From positions 40,284 through 104,283 of the forward strand of contig WALV01000019.1 in the NCBI GenBank assembly GCA_015522645.1: 64,000 nucleotides of DNA, in the 5' to 3' direction. The notes under the pieces are model-generated. The model was not told the origin of the DNA and ran no database searches. It saw only the letters and a list, made by a program, of their open reading frames with translations. This document shows, piece after piece, positions 20,271-30,285 of the stretch; position 1 is the first letter of the stretch; every line of letters begins with the position of its first letter. This stretch comes from Candidatus Tiamatella sp. GTDB lineage: Archaea; Thermoproteota; Thermoprotei_A; Sulfolobales; Acidilobaceae. A program made the position numbers and the translations under genes.

Positions 20271-21086
20271 ATGAGTAGATTTTACTCGACATTCAAGGAA
20301 ACAGGAATCCCGAGAAGTATGCCTAGCATAGCCTTTCTCACCGACTCTAAAGAAGCTTTCGAACAAATTAGTAGCTTAGAATCCAAAAGCATACTGGACT
20401 CGTTTAATGGGGAGTACGGGATAACGGGAATTATAGTCAGAATCGGGGAAAACGCTGAGGCAGCTTTGATCTACTATCCATCTATACCAAGCCTCTCATT
20501 AAGTTTGTTAAGCGATCTTACAACGGCTGGCGTTAGGATTGCCTTCAAGCTAGGCACAGCTTATAGTATAACAAAGGAGCTGTCACCAGGGAACATAGTT
20601 ATAGCGAGAGCTGCAGTTAGGGAAGATTTCATTTCGGATAATATAGTTGACCCCAAACTACCAGCTATACCTGACTTTGACCTCTATTTTAAAGTAAAGA
20701 GAAGCTTAATGAGTAGGCTGCTCCAACCAGGCGAGGAGAAGCGTGGTAACAAGGCTGTGGGATGTATAGCTCTTTCACTGGGATATATAGGGAAACATAT
20801 TAACATCAAAGGTGGAAGGATTTCCTCGTTAATCAAAGCACCTAGACTCTGTGCTATAGATAAAGACACCAGTATTTTCTACACTTATGGCTACCTGAGA
20901 AGTTTACGAAGCATATCAATACTAGTTGTGAGGGAAAGTTTCTCATCTTATAGTACTTTCGACCTGGAAGATATGGAGGAGCAGGAGGAGATAAAGAAAA
21001 GAGTTTCAGAGAGTATTGTAAATATCTATACAGCGTTAAAGGATTCAATGGATTATATTGTGGGGTCTGAGATTGTTGAAAAATAA
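20271..21086 (+). CDS. Divergent PNP/UDP-family nucleoside phosphorylase-like protein
   Basis: The segments [14 protein letters not shown]...[14 protein letters not shown]...[10 protein letters not shown] align by eye with the PNP_UDP_1 pattern (irvGtaGsl...GDvvi...a.r.dg...eMEtaal), but several canonical residues differ. Confidence 0.4.
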   Translation: MSRFYSTFKETGIPRSMPSIAFLTDSKEAFEQISSLESKSILDSFNGEYGITGIIVRIGENAEAALIYYPSIPSLSLSLLSDLTTAGVRIAFKLGTAYSITKELSPGNIVIARAAVREDFISDNIVDPKLPAIPDFDLYFKVKRSLMSRLLQPGEEKRGNKAVGCIALSLGYIGKHINIKGGRISSLIKAPRLCAIDKDTSIFYTYGYLRSLRSISILVVRESFSSYSTFDLEDMEEQEEIKKRVSESIVNIYTALKDSMDYIVGSEIVEK

Positions 21087-21282
21087 AACAAGCGATCCTC
21101 TTTTCCTTGTCGACAAAATCTTCACAGATATCGAGTCCCTAGAAGCAGATCTGTATACTATGTTCAGATCAGATGAAAATATGAAGCATCAAGGTATTCA
21201 CCTTAGAATCCAGGAAAAAATCGACGATTTATACGATGAACTAAGAGAGCTTAGGAGAATCCTATTCGAGAATAAGTATTGA
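21058..21282 (+). CDS. Small hypothetical coiled-coil protein (the real start may be the ATG at 21160)
   Basis: This is the only ORF in the 213-nt gap between convergent genes, and its helical C-terminus is rich in charged residues. No motif recognised. Confidence 0.2.
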   Translation: MWGLRLLKNKTSDPLFLVDKIFTDIESLEADLYTMFRSDENMKHQGIHLRIQEKIDDLYDELRELRRILFENKY

Positions 21283-21299
21283 TTAATAAACCGTAAGAA

Positions 21300-22649
21300 C
21301 TATTCTTTATCTTCCCTTCTATGAACCATTAGAAGTAAGCCCTTGTGACCAGTAACAATTACCTCCTCCCCCTTCTGAATCGGTTCATTACTAATAGCCT
21401 TCCAATACTCGCCTCCAATAAGAACAAAACCTTCTTTCCCTGGCTCTATGTCTGTAACGGCTTTCCCAGATTCACCTTCTAGTTTCCATTCAAATGAAGG
21501 CTTACGCCGTATCTTAAAGAGTTTATAAATTATAAATGCAAAGAATGCTCCTAGACCTATTCCAAGTGCATATATACCGTATAGTAATTGGTTAGCATAC
21601 GATTTTGATATGCTTATATTCCCTGAAGTCGGAATCAATATTAAGCCTAGTGTAAGCATTACTATGCCTGTCCCTCCTATTAGTCCGAATCCTGGTGTAT
21701 ACAATTCTATGACTAGTAACACTGCTCCTATCATCAATAATAATAGCACTGTAGTATTTACACTATAACCTGATCCTACAAGGCCTAGGAGAACAAGCAA
21801 AGCTCCTAAACCTAGGAAAGCAGCATGCCCTGAGAGTACTGCGAAAACAATTATCATTACTCCCAGGGAAAGCAGTAACCCGGACATTAGAGGATCCGAT
21901 AATGCGTGGACCAAGGCTTGTCTCGGTGAGGGCTTGTATCTTACAGCGTTCAGCTCGTGTAGATCAATCCGTACAATATACCCGGAAGTCAAGTTGACTG
22001 TGGTATCATTTATTTTAGCTAACAGGTCTGTTAGATCATTAGCTATAAGGTTAATCACACCATATTTCAATGCTTCTTTAGCTCCTAGATTAAGATTTTC
22101 TGTTACGAATTCATGTAAAACCGTTGTATTCCTTCCCTTTGATCCCGCGTGCTCATCCAGGAATTTCAGTATAGGGTTAATTATTTTCGATTCATTAACA
22201 GGCTTATAACTACCTGTCGTTGGATCGTATTCGATTGGTTGCATAGATCCTATTTGAGTGTAAGGTTGCATAGCTGCTATATGACAAGACACTAGTATTA
22301 GTGTGCCTGCGCTTTCAGCCCACTTGTTAACTACAAAACCAACAACAGGTATGGTCGCCTTATCTATATCTATGACTATATTCATTGCAGGATCCAGGAA
22401 TCCTCCGGGTGTGTTCAGTTCTATTATAAGAATAGAGTTGGTCTCCTCTGCATACATTATAGCATTTTCAACATATTCCTGTGTTGAAGAGTCTATCATG
22501 CCGTTGATAGAGATGACCACGGCACTCCTGACAACCTTGTAAGCGGGGGTGCTAGCTGCATAAACTGGTGTGACCATTATGTCCCGTTGAATTAAAGGCA
22601 AAAGTAAAAGCAAGACTAAAAGGAGAAAAATAAGACCTGTTTTTTTCAT
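21300..22649 (-). CDS. NfeD-family membrane-bound ClpP-class serine protease (stomatin-specific protease type)
   Basis: Signal/TM segment, a ClpP-like domain (INTPGGF...ESAGTLI), a multi-TM middle region and a C-terminal NfeD OB domain (GEYWKAIS...GEEVIVTG). Lies directly downstream of stomatin. Confidence 0.85.
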   Translation of the reverse strand: MKKTGLIFLLLVLLLLLPLIQRDIMVTPVYAASTPAYKVVRSAVVISINGMIDSSTQEYVENAIMYAEETNSILIIELNTPGGFLDPAMNIVIDIDKATIPVVGFVVNKWAESAGTLILVSCHIAAMQPYTQIGSMQPIEYDPTTGSYKPVNESKIINPILKFLDEHAGSKGRNTTVLHEFVTENLNLGAKEALKYGVINLIANDLTDLLAKINDTTVNLTSGYIVRIDLHELNAVRYKPSPRQALVHALSDPLMSGLLLSLGVMIIVFAVLSGHAAFLGLGALLVLLGLVGSGYSVNTTVLLLLMIGAVLLVIELYTPGFGLIGGTGIVMLTLGLILIPTSGNISISKSYANQLLYGIYALGIGLGAFFAFIIYKLFKIRRKPSFEWKLEGESGKAVTDIEPGKEGFVLIGGEYWKAISNEPIQKGEEVIVTGHKGLLLMVHRREDKE

Positions 22650-22659
22650 TTAGAAAACG

Positions 22660-23469
22660 TCACCCCGTCTCTCTATAGGATGACATGGCTTTATTCGCTG
22701 AGGAAATGGCAGTAGCTAGTTCAACTGCACCGGAATGCTGTGGTGATATTATTACCATATTCTTCTCCTTCGCTATTTCTATCAACGTCTGTAATTCCCT
22801 TAACCTAAGCGCTACCGGATGCTCTTCATAGAACTTGGCTGCCTGAGCCATTATACTGGCTGCTTGCTTTTCGCCCTCCGCTTCGATTACTTTTGCACGC
22901 CTCCATCTCTCAGCCTCTGCCTGTTTAGCCATAGCCCTGAGCATGGATTCCGGTAATTTTACTTGCTTTATTGTTACTTGCGTTACCTTTATTCCCCAAG
23001 GATCCGTAAGCTCATCGAGAATCTTCTGCAACTCAATATTTATTTTCTCTCTATTAGTAAGCAAATCATCGAGGTCTACCTGCCCTATAATATCCCTTAG
23101 AGTAGTCTGTGCAAGCATCATTACAGCATAATTATAGTTCTCTATTTTCATTACTGCAAGAACCGGGTCCAATACCTTGTAATATACTACAGCGTCAACG
23201 CCCACTGTAACATTATCTCTAGTAATTATCTCTTGCTGAGGAACGTCAATCACTGTAATCCTAAGATCTACCCTAATCATTTTATCTATTCCTGGTATGA
23301 TGAAGAATAGCCCTGGGCCTTTTGCGCCTACTATTCTACCCAAACGGAAAACTACAGCCCTCTCATATTCTTTAACGATCTTTATGGCACTTGCAAGCAC
23401 TATTAAGAGTATAATTAATACTAAACTACCTGTTTCGATCAGTACACTAGAAGCCACGGTGTAACCCAC
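22660..23469 (-). CDS. Stomatin/prohibitin (SPFH) family protein
   Basis: IVKEYERAVVFRLGR...TRDNV...AEAERWRRAKVIEAEGE is typical of archaeal stomatin. It forms an operon with NfeD. Confidence 0.9.
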   Translation of the reverse strand: MGYTVASSVLIETGSLVLIILLIVLASAIKIVKEYERAVVFRLGRIVGAKGPGLFFIIPGIDKMIRVDLRITVIDVPQQEIITRDNVTVGVDAVVYYKVLDPVLAVMKIENYNYAVMMLAQTTLRDIIGQVDLDDLLTNREKINIELQKILDELTDPWGIKVTQVTIKQVKLPESMLRAMAKQAEAERWRRAKVIEAEGEKQAASIMAQAAKFYEEHPVALRLRELQTLIEIAKEKNMVIISPQHSGAVELATAISSANKAMSSYRETG

Positions 23470-23546
23470 CTATTTATGCCTATTTTTACTCTTGAGTTCT
23501 CTAGGCTTTATATATTCATTAATACCAGGTTAACCATTCTATACGA

Positions 23547-24014
23547 ATGCGGTTGGAAGGTATGGGCAAACGTACTAGTAGGCAGAAAGGTTTTTACTAT
23601 GAAAGGTCACTCGCCAGGAAGCTATGGTCCAAAGGATTCGCCGTAATTAGAGGCCCTGGAAGCGGAGGTGGCTCAAAAGATATAGTGCAACCGGATCTGG
23701 TTGCTGTGAAAAAAGGTAAAATATTTATATTCGAGATAAAGGTTAGATGGAAAAGAAATGCCATATATATTGACAAGGAAAAAGTAGATAGACTGAAAGA
23801 ATTTGCTAAAAGATCCGGGGGAGAACCGTTTATAGCTGTTAAGGTAATCGATTATATTGACTGGAAGTTTATACCAGTCGATCAATTAAAGAAAACCGGG
23901 AAAGGCAACTATAAGGTAAGCATGGAGTCTCTCGGAGAAGCATTAACCTTCAGCGGTTTATTAGGATTAGTTGACAATTCGAGGAAAATCATGGACTATG
24001 TAAAGCAAATTTAG
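23547..24014 (+). CDS. hjc: Holliday junction resolvase Hjc
   Basis: KGFYYERSLARKLWSKGFAVIRGPGSGG...PDLVAVKKGKIFIFEIK...FAKRSGGEPFIAVK closely parallels Sulfolobus Hjc. Confidence 0.9.
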   Translation: MRLEGMGKRTSRQKGFYYERSLARKLWSKGFAVIRGPGSGGGSKDIVQPDLVAVKKGKIFIFEIKVRWKRNAIYIDKEKVDRLKEFAKRSGGEPFIAVKVIDYIDWKFIPVDQLKKTGKGNYKVSMESLGEALTFSGLLGLVDNSRKIMDYVKQI

Positions 24015-25588
24015 AATATAGCAACGTTGACATCGTAACCGTATTTTTCGGCCATTCTCTTTATCCTTTTTATCCTCTTAGCTAGAGCTTTCGTACTCGA
24101 CCTAGGTATCTTTAGGAGGATTCTATTACCTCTGAACTCTACTTCCGCGTCTGGGAGAATAGATGAGATCCTGTGGAGAAGCTTCTTTTCCGTATCATCT
24201 GTTCTTACCTGTTTCCTAACAGGAACGACCATTGTCTGCTCTCCAAACGTATAAATTTCGTATTCCAAATCCCCTGTCAGGAAGTCTCTAACTTCAACCA
24301 CAGGCCTTGAGAGTTCAGCCTCCCTTAGCCCCGTTGGCAGTTTTACAGTCATCCTAAGCTCATACACTTTATCCACTTCTCCGTTGTTCACATAGACCAG
24401 TGTATCTATGATGCTAGGTATCATGCCTAATTCTACTCTTTTCATAAACCTTTGGATAGCATCTATGGGGGATGTGGCGTGAATAACGCCTATCATTCCT
24501 ATACCAGCTAGCCTCAGATCAATATAGAGTTTAAAATCCTCGTCATTCCTAAGTTCATCAAAAACCGTGTAGTCAGGCCTGGATAGTAACAGAATATCGT
24601 GGAGTTCCCCTAAACTTGCATAGTTTTTAGAATACTGCGTTATTTCGGGGGGTAGTCTCATATCTCTAGGCGATTCTATGGTCTTAACTATTTTACCTAG
24701 TCTCATATAGAACTCCGCTAATGCTTGGGCAAAAGTCGTTTTACCCATGCCTGGTGCTCCAGCTATTATAATTCCTTCTGCTCGCTCGCTAAGCCTGGAC
24801 ATTAGTTTATCCGGTAGATTATAGTCCTCTAAACTTAGTTTAACCAGGGGTTTGACTGCCGTAATCTCCCAACCCTCACTTAAGGGAGGCCTAGTTATTA
24901 CTATTCTGTAATCACCGAGTTGTATTATAGACGACCCCTCTCTATCGATCTCTATGAAACCCTTAGGAGAAGCAGCTGCAACCTCTATCAATTCCCTGGA
25001 AATATCCTCTAATTCTTCTCTCCTCAGCTTCCTTCTCTCGAGAACCACGAAAATCCATTTCCCCGGTTTACCCTTCTTCGCTATGGGATACGCGTCCTCC
25101 TTTAAGTGGACACTCATCGTCTTATCATCAAAGTACTTTGAGATACGTAGCTCTACTTTTTCCGTAGACCCCAGATAAAGAACCTTCACGCCCATAGCTC
25201 TCGATGCAGATGACTCCATCATATCAGAAGTCACAAGGATGGAGTCCGTCTCTTTGGCTAGATCTCTCGTTAGGCTCCTAGTCATCTCTTCAGCAATAAC
25301 AGACATCGGCCTATAACCTTCAGAATAATAGATTATGCTACCACCGTTGCTCTTGACCACAATGTCATATATTTTTTCAAGCTCACCTATACCCGTTATA
25401 GCCCTCGTTATACCCCTTTTAGCCTCATAGAATAGATGATCGAGAACAGCTCGATGCACGTATACTATAGGCCCCTTTATTCTTTCAAGGAATCTTCTCG
25501 CAGAACCATCCATAACGCTGTCAATGCTAAGCACATATGTATTTTCTTGCTCACCAAAATCTTTCAAATCGTTATCCCTCTCATCCAC
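24011..25588 (-). CDS. PIN-domain / PilT-like ATPase / KH-domain protein (COG1855-type)
   Basis: PIN-like N-terminus, Walker A GAPGMGKTTFAQALA, Walker B LLSRPDYTVFDELR, and a KH-like C-terminus. Confidence 0.75.
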   Translation of the reverse strand: MDERDNDLKDFGEQENTYVLSIDSVMDGSARRFLERIKGPIVYVHRAVLDHLFYEAKRGITRAITGIGELEKIYDIVVKSNGGSIIYYSEGYRPMSVIAEEMTRSLTRDLAKETDSILVTSDMMESSASRAMGVKVLYLGSTEKVELRISKYFDDKTMSVHLKEDAYPIAKKGKPGKWIFVVLERRKLRREELEDISRELIEVAAASPKGFIEIDREGSSIIQLGDYRIVITRPPLSEGWEITAVKPLVKLSLEDYNLPDKLMSRLSERAEGIIIAGAPGMGKTTFAQALAEFYMRLGKIVKTIESPRDMRLPPEITQYSKNYASLGELHDILLLSRPDYTVFDELRNDEDFKLYIDLRLAGIGMIGVIHATSPIDAIQRFMKRVELGMIPSIIDTLVYVNNGEVDKVYELRMTVKLPTGLREAELSRPVVEVRDFLTGDLEYEIYTFGEQTMVVPVRKQVRTDDTEKKLLHRISSILPDAEVEFRGNRILLKIPRSSTKALAKRIKRIKRMAEKYGYDVNVAIF

Positions 25589-25661
25589 TCCGGAAACAGG
25601 ATTCTATATGAGAGGGTTTAAAGTTTCATAAGGAAATGAAGGAAAAGGATGGTGAAGGATT

Positions 25662-26510
25662 TTGCTGGATATACTGATTAGGGGAGACACCATTTTTCTA
25701 GACGAGTATAGGTCCATATGTAATGGGTACGTATATATTAAAGACGGCGTAGTTGAGAGGGTAGGGCCTCAACCTGTTCCGGAGGAATACGAGTATGCTA
25801 CTCTAGTGATAGGAGGGCCGAATAGAGTTATAATTCCTGCTCTAGGTATTGCTTATACTGACATAGGATTATATGATATCCATCCTTATAATAGAGGTTC
25901 CCTAGAGAATAGATTCCGTTTGTTACGAGAAAGGGATTACTCTAAGGTTTTGTCATCTATAAACAAAGGCTTATTCGACCTAAGTATTCATGGAATTGCT
26001 ATCGTAGGAATAGAACTCTCCTCTTATTGGATGTCCGTGGATCTAGAAGATAAAACCCACCTGAAAGTTAATGCTATAATGGAGAAATGCCCTGAAGATC
26101 ATGGCTATTGCATTGTTCCAAGACATCTAACAGATAAAGGTAATGAACCGAATACTGTTTATCTGAACTCTAGTGAAAGCGTGGTTTTATATAGAGATAA
26201 GATAGCCCCTGCTTTCGTGAATAGGTTTTCATATAATCCATGCGGCATGGGAGCAGAAAAACTGCTTATAAATACGAGAATGGCTTTTGACTTGCGGGGG
26301 TTGAAATGGGGTATATATGAGAGGAATCCCGCCTATATAGCTGTCTTCGATTTCAATGAACCGCCTTATTATCTTGCTAACCTAAGGGCTGCAGATATAA
26401 TAGATATCTTATCTATATGTAAGAGAATTGAAACCCTAATTGTTGAAAAAGATCTCGTCATCGACGCTGGAGAACACTTGACCATAGGAAAGAACAGTAT
26501 GGGTCAGTGA
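25662..26510 (+). CDS. Truncated/degenerate amidohydrolase-superfamily homologue (metal-binding HxH lost)
   Basis: The N-terminus ILIRGDTIFL...YVYIKDGVVERVG...VIIPALGIAYTD mirrors the amidohydrolase beta-sandwich plus first strand. AYTD replaces HxH, and the protein is only 282 aa. Confidence 0.4.
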   Translation: MLDILIRGDTIFLDEYRSICNGYVYIKDGVVERVGPQPVPEEYEYATLVIGGPNRVIIPALGIAYTDIGLYDIHPYNRGSLENRFRLLRERDYSKVLSSINKGLFDLSIHGIAIVGIELSSYWMSVDLEDKTHLKVNAIMEKCPEDHGYCIVPRHLTDKGNEPNTVYLNSSESVVLYRDKIAPAFVNRFSYNPCGMGAEKLLINTRMAFDLRGLKWGIYERNPAYIAVFDFNEPPYYLANLRAADIIDILSICKRIETLIVEKDLVIDAGEHLTIGKNSMGQ

Positions 26511-26569
26511 TCGAGGGCTTCAACATTAACATTGGTTCAGGCCCTCCAAACTCTTCATCCCCCTTTAAA

Positions 26570-27730
26570 TTATTGAAGCCTGAAGATATCTACTTTAGGA
26601 GGCCATATATTCTCCAATACAAGCGTGACTTTCAGAAACTCCTCATTGAAAATAGCTGGCTCAGGGCGAGGGGAAGCACGGGCTCCTTTATAAGAGCAAA
26701 ACTCCCGTTGCCTTGAAGCGATATCATATAAACCTAACTTCATGGTATCCTTAACAATATCATCTTTATCGAATCCCACGACAGGGCGTAAAACAGGTAC
26801 TTGTAAATGTGAGGATGTGACATACATACTTTCTATAGTTTGACTAGAGACCTGTCCTAACGATTCCCCTGTTACTAAAGCTAGGTAATGCTTAGATAAT
26901 GCTAGCTTTGCTGCATGTTGAAACATTAACCGGCGTAGTACAAGAATCCTATAATTCTTTCTAACCAGCCGGGATACTATATCAGATGTTTCATGGAAAT
27001 GAACCTTGAATAGTTTCATTGGAGATTGGTTCATAACATGTTCGGAGTACAAGTTTTTCGCTAGCTCATAAGCTATTTCCCAATTATCTTCTTTGGCGAA
27101 ATCATAGTAAATTAAATCAGTAGGTGAACCCCTTTTCATAACCATCCAAGCTGACAAAACCGAGTCGAATCCGCCGCTGAATAATGTGAGAACTTTTGAT
27201 TCACTCCCTAAAGGTAAACCTCCAGGCCCATCTATAAGCTCGTCATACAGATATGACGTAGTGTCTCTGATTTCCACATAGACTGTGTATTCAGGTTTAG
27301 TTAGGTTAACTTTCTTCGGACTACAATTATCATAGAGATAACCCCCTATTTCCCTTTCCGCTTCTTTACTCGTGAATTGGTGTTTTCCAGTTCTTCTAAC
27401 CCTAACCATGAACTCTTTTCCCTGAATTTTACTACAATATAATTCATGGGCTATCATGCTTATTTCATCCAAGTCGGCAGTAGGCAAAAGATATGCAGGA
27501 GAAAAACTCTTGACGCCGAAAACTCGGGATAGGGTCTTCTCTATTATAGAGTCATATTGATCCACTTCGACTATTATTCTGGCATGCTCATGGTAAACCC
27601 GGTTAAAACCAACTCTATTGAAACCTAGAGCTTTACGTATATTTGATATCATCCTTGAAATCATTCTAGACCTTGTATAGCTACCCTTAACAGCAGGTTC
27701 TGAGTATCTTAACAGATATATTTTTCTCAA
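26570..27730 (-). CDS. thiI: tRNA 4-thiouridine synthase ThiI (THUMP + PP-loop)
   Basis: LRYSEPAVKG N-terminus, THUMP region, and PP-loop LFSGGFDS. Confidence 0.85.
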   Translation of the reverse strand: MRKIYLLRYSEPAVKGSYTRSRMISRMISNIRKALGFNRVGFNRVYHEHARIIVEVDQYDSIIEKTLSRVFGVKSFSPAYLLPTADLDEISMIAHELYCSKIQGKEFMVRVRRTGKHQFTSKEAEREIGGYLYDNCSPKKVNLTKPEYTVYVEIRDTTSYLYDELIDGPGGLPLGSESKVLTLFSGGFDSVLSAWMVMKRGSPTDLIYYDFAKEDNWEIAYELAKNLYSEHVMNQSPMKLFKVHFHETSDIVSRLVRKNYRILVLRRLMFQHAAKLALSKHYLALVTGESLGQVSSQTIESMYVTSSHLQVPVLRPVVGFDKDDIVKDTMKLGLYDIASRQREFCSYKGARASPRPEPAIFNEEFLKVTLVLENIWPPKVDIFRLQ

Positions 27731-27795
27731 CCCATGGAAACACCCTACTTAACTATTTATGGGTTGAATCCCGGGCCTAAATAATCTGGTGAAAA

Positions 27796-28245
27796 ATGAG
27801 GGAAGAAAATATACTAGAATGGAATATGGGGAACGTCAGCGTTCATGGTATAAGTGAACTTGTAATTGAGGGAGATAAATGGCGTATAACCCTCTCACAG
27901 AGAGATATAAGACTAGAAGGAATAAGTGGTACAGTAGAACAGTTCAATATTCAAGGTCCAAACCTAAAACATTTCTACATACAGTTTGACGAGCAACTCA
28001 AAGGATTCGATAGCAAACACTGGAAACATGCTATAACAAGCGACTCTAGAATTGAGGCAGGGTTCTTTGAAGTTAGATATACAGTACTCGGTGGAAAACT
28101 ATTCTACATAACTATAGTGCCCATATACGGTGCATTATACGGCTATGTCGTCTTAACGCCAAACGAACTTTACATTAAAACACTTGGAAGAAGGAAAATA
28201 TTCGTTCAGCATGTGAAAAATAGTATGAATGTATATCTGCTTTAG
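27796..28245 (+). CDS. Hypothetical beta-rich protein
   Basis: Clean ORF and first gene of a tightly spaced three-gene same-strand cluster. No motif recognised. Confidence 0.5.
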   Translation: MREENILEWNMGNVSVHGISELVIEGDKWRITLSQRDIRLEGISGTVEQFNIQGPNLKHFYIQFDEQLKGFDSKHWKHAITSDSRIEAGFFEVRYTVLGGKLFYITIVPIYGALYGYVVLTPNELYIKTLGRRKIFVQHVKNSMNVYLL

Positions 28246-28263
28246 CTAAAAGAGGTGCTCTGA

Positions 28264-29226
28264 TTGTATAATCTCGCGATTAATTATGAGCAAATAGAGA
28301 GAATTGCAGGAATTTTGGGTAGCAACATAAAAAACCAAACTATAGATCCCTTTGTAAACCCTGACTACTATCCCCCTGTTGGGACAGATTTCGAAGCTCT
28401 TACAATGTACTTTCTAACCATGGTATCAATAGATCATAGATTAAGTAGGCCGAACAAACCATACGGAGCGGAAATAAATGGGAGAAAATACCATGGAGCG
28501 GACCTATTATACAAATTAGGCATGAGAATGTTCGAGTCAAACCCTCGTTTCTTCACGGCATCGCATCTGTCCCGCATTACTGAAGCCGAAGTCGAGAAAT
28601 GGCTTGCCCCTAAAGGAGTGGCGAAACCGGCTGATCTAAAAATGAGAACATTACTCTTAAGAGATATAGGGCGAAAGCTAGCAGTTTTGTTCGACGGGAA
28701 TGCTTATAATATTGTAGAATACAGTAAGGGGTATCTCAGGAATAAGGGAGCCGGTTTCATAGAGTTGTTGAAATCGTTTATCGCATATCAAGACCCTATT
28801 GAGAAGAAACCGTTTCTTCTAGCTAAATTTCTTGAGAGGCGCCGGGTACTACAAATAATAGATGGCTGGAATAAAGAAGTCCCCGTTGATAATCATTTGA
28901 CGAGACTGGCAATCAGATGGGGTTTAATTGATATGGACCGAGGATTACTTGAGAAAATAGCATATAATTCTCCCTTTACTGAGAGAGAGGATATTCTACT
29001 TCGTTATTATGTACGAATTGCATTTAGACTTGTCTCCCAGAAGGCTGGCATTGATCCTTTCGTACTAGATGATTTTCTTTGGAGTTTTGGGAGAACAACC
29101 TGTAGAAGAGAGGATCCATTATGCATGCAAGGTAAAATATGCCCTCTCATGAGGTATTGTAGAGCCTTCTCCAATAGGCTCTTCATGGTAGGAGAGCACA
29201 ACTATTATGAAACATGGTACTACTAG
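28264..29226 (+). CDS. AGOG-like HhH-GPD superfamily N-glycosylase/DNA lyase homologue with an extra C-terminal 4-Cys motif
   Basis: VPVDNHLTRLAIRWGLID and FVLDDFLWSFGR match my recollection of Pyrobaculum AGOG (IPVDYRVARLTWCAGLID, LHLDTLLWLAGR). The C-terminal motif is C-x6-C-x5-C-x5-C. Confidence 0.5.
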   Translation: MYNLAINYEQIERIAGILGSNIKNQTIDPFVNPDYYPPVGTDFEALTMYFLTMVSIDHRLSRPNKPYGAEINGRKYHGADLLYKLGMRMFESNPRFFTASHLSRITEAEVEKWLAPKGVAKPADLKMRTLLLRDIGRKLAVLFDGNAYNIVEYSKGYLRNKGAGFIELLKSFIAYQDPIEKKPFLLAKFLERRRVLQIIDGWNKEVPVDNHLTRLAIRWGLIDMDRGLLEKIAYNSPFTEREDILLRYYVRIAFRLVSQKAGIDPFVLDDFLWSFGRTTCRREDPLCMQGKICPLMRYCRAFSNRLFMVGEHNYYETWYY

Positions 29227-29247
29227 GATTTACTAAAGGGATGTTTC

Positions 29248-30279
29248 GTGTTTAAAGTTTATAGTAGCAGGGTAAGAGAAAGCGTAGACGTCCAGTTCGA
29301 TAATATAATAATTGATGCTGAACCGAGTAATTTCGGGCTAAATAAGATAGTTTTACCGATAAGTATAAGAGGGCTTAAAACTCGTGCCGAGGAAATTCTT
29401 ACAGAAATAGTATTCGCTACGATCAATCCTGTAGAGAGGATAAAACTATCTATATCCATTAACGGTGTAATAATAGCAAGAGAGGTGAAACCAATACACT
29501 TAATAGACTATGATAGTATTTATTGGATGTCAACAGTTTATGATGTGACCGAACTGTTAAAAAACAGGTTGAATCCCTTGTATCAAAGGCTGAAAATATA
29601 CTACCAGGGAAATGACGTTAAGAGACTTGGATACATGTCAATGTTAGCTATATACGACGCCAATGATGTGGAGTCTACATATACTTATATTTCGGGTCTA
29701 GAGAAAATCCGTGAAAGCCAGGTTTATAAGCTAACTTGGAATAGGGAGTTCAGTAAAGATAAGTCTACGGATCTCCTAGTCTCAAGTCTTATGACTTATT
29801 CCGCCACATCATTGAATACTCTTGAGGTTTGCAAAACAAGTAAGGGCTGTGTAACCGCTCCACTTAAACATGGTTTTACCGAGCTGAAATTCAGGAATGC
29901 CCTTATCAGAGAAGTCTCACTGAAAAAATACTCTGGTTCAGGAGAGCATGGTGCGCTTCTCACCAATTACTTCGATTTCTGTAGTTCAACAAACACCCCT
30001 CGTTTTGAACTTTTGAAATATTCGACGAGAAGTTCTAAGGACGGTTCAACCATAGTTAATGTAGAGTTTTCCGTAATAGATGGAAGCGAAGGTGATGCTC
30101 AATTTATACTTATAGATAAGGGAATTCCTGTGGGGAGGATTAGGAGGAGAGTGGAACCGGGTTCTACTATAAATCTCTACTTCAAATCAAAGAACGCTTT
30201 AACAATACCTGTTATAAGAATCCTATTTTTTAAGCACTCAAAAAGCTGGATATTCGACTATTATCCTAGAGAAGACTGA
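29248..30279 (+). CDS. Hypothetical protein (343 aa, beta-rich)
   Basis: Third gene of the cluster. No motif recognised. Confidence 0.5.
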   Translation: MFKVYSSRVRESVDVQFDNIIIDAEPSNFGLNKIVLPISIRGLKTRAEEILTEIVFATINPVERIKLSISINGVIIAREVKPIHLIDYDSIYWMSTVYDVTELLKNRLNPLYQRLKIYYQGNDVKRLGYMSMLAIYDANDVESTYTYISGLEKIRESQVYKLTWNREFSKDKSTDLLVSSLMTYSATSLNTLEVCKTSKGCVTAPLKHGFTELKFRNALIREVSLKKYSGSGEHGALLTNYFDFCSSTNTPRFELLKYSTRSSKDGSTIVNVEFSVIDGSEGDAQFILIDKGIPVGRIRRRVEPGSTINLYFKSKNALTIPVIRILFFKHSKSWIFDYYPRED

Positions 30280-30285
30280 TAAAAA

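Noticed and set aside
20139-20366. 76-codon N-terminal extension of the speH ORF
   Set aside because: The extension has an odd composition, runs through the perfect hairpin and into the divergent gene's start. The AdoMetDC homology begins just after the internal ATG at 20138.
26507-26716. 69-aa (+) ORF
   Set aside because: It overlaps the 3' end of thiI on the opposite strand and has no motif. Likely spurious.
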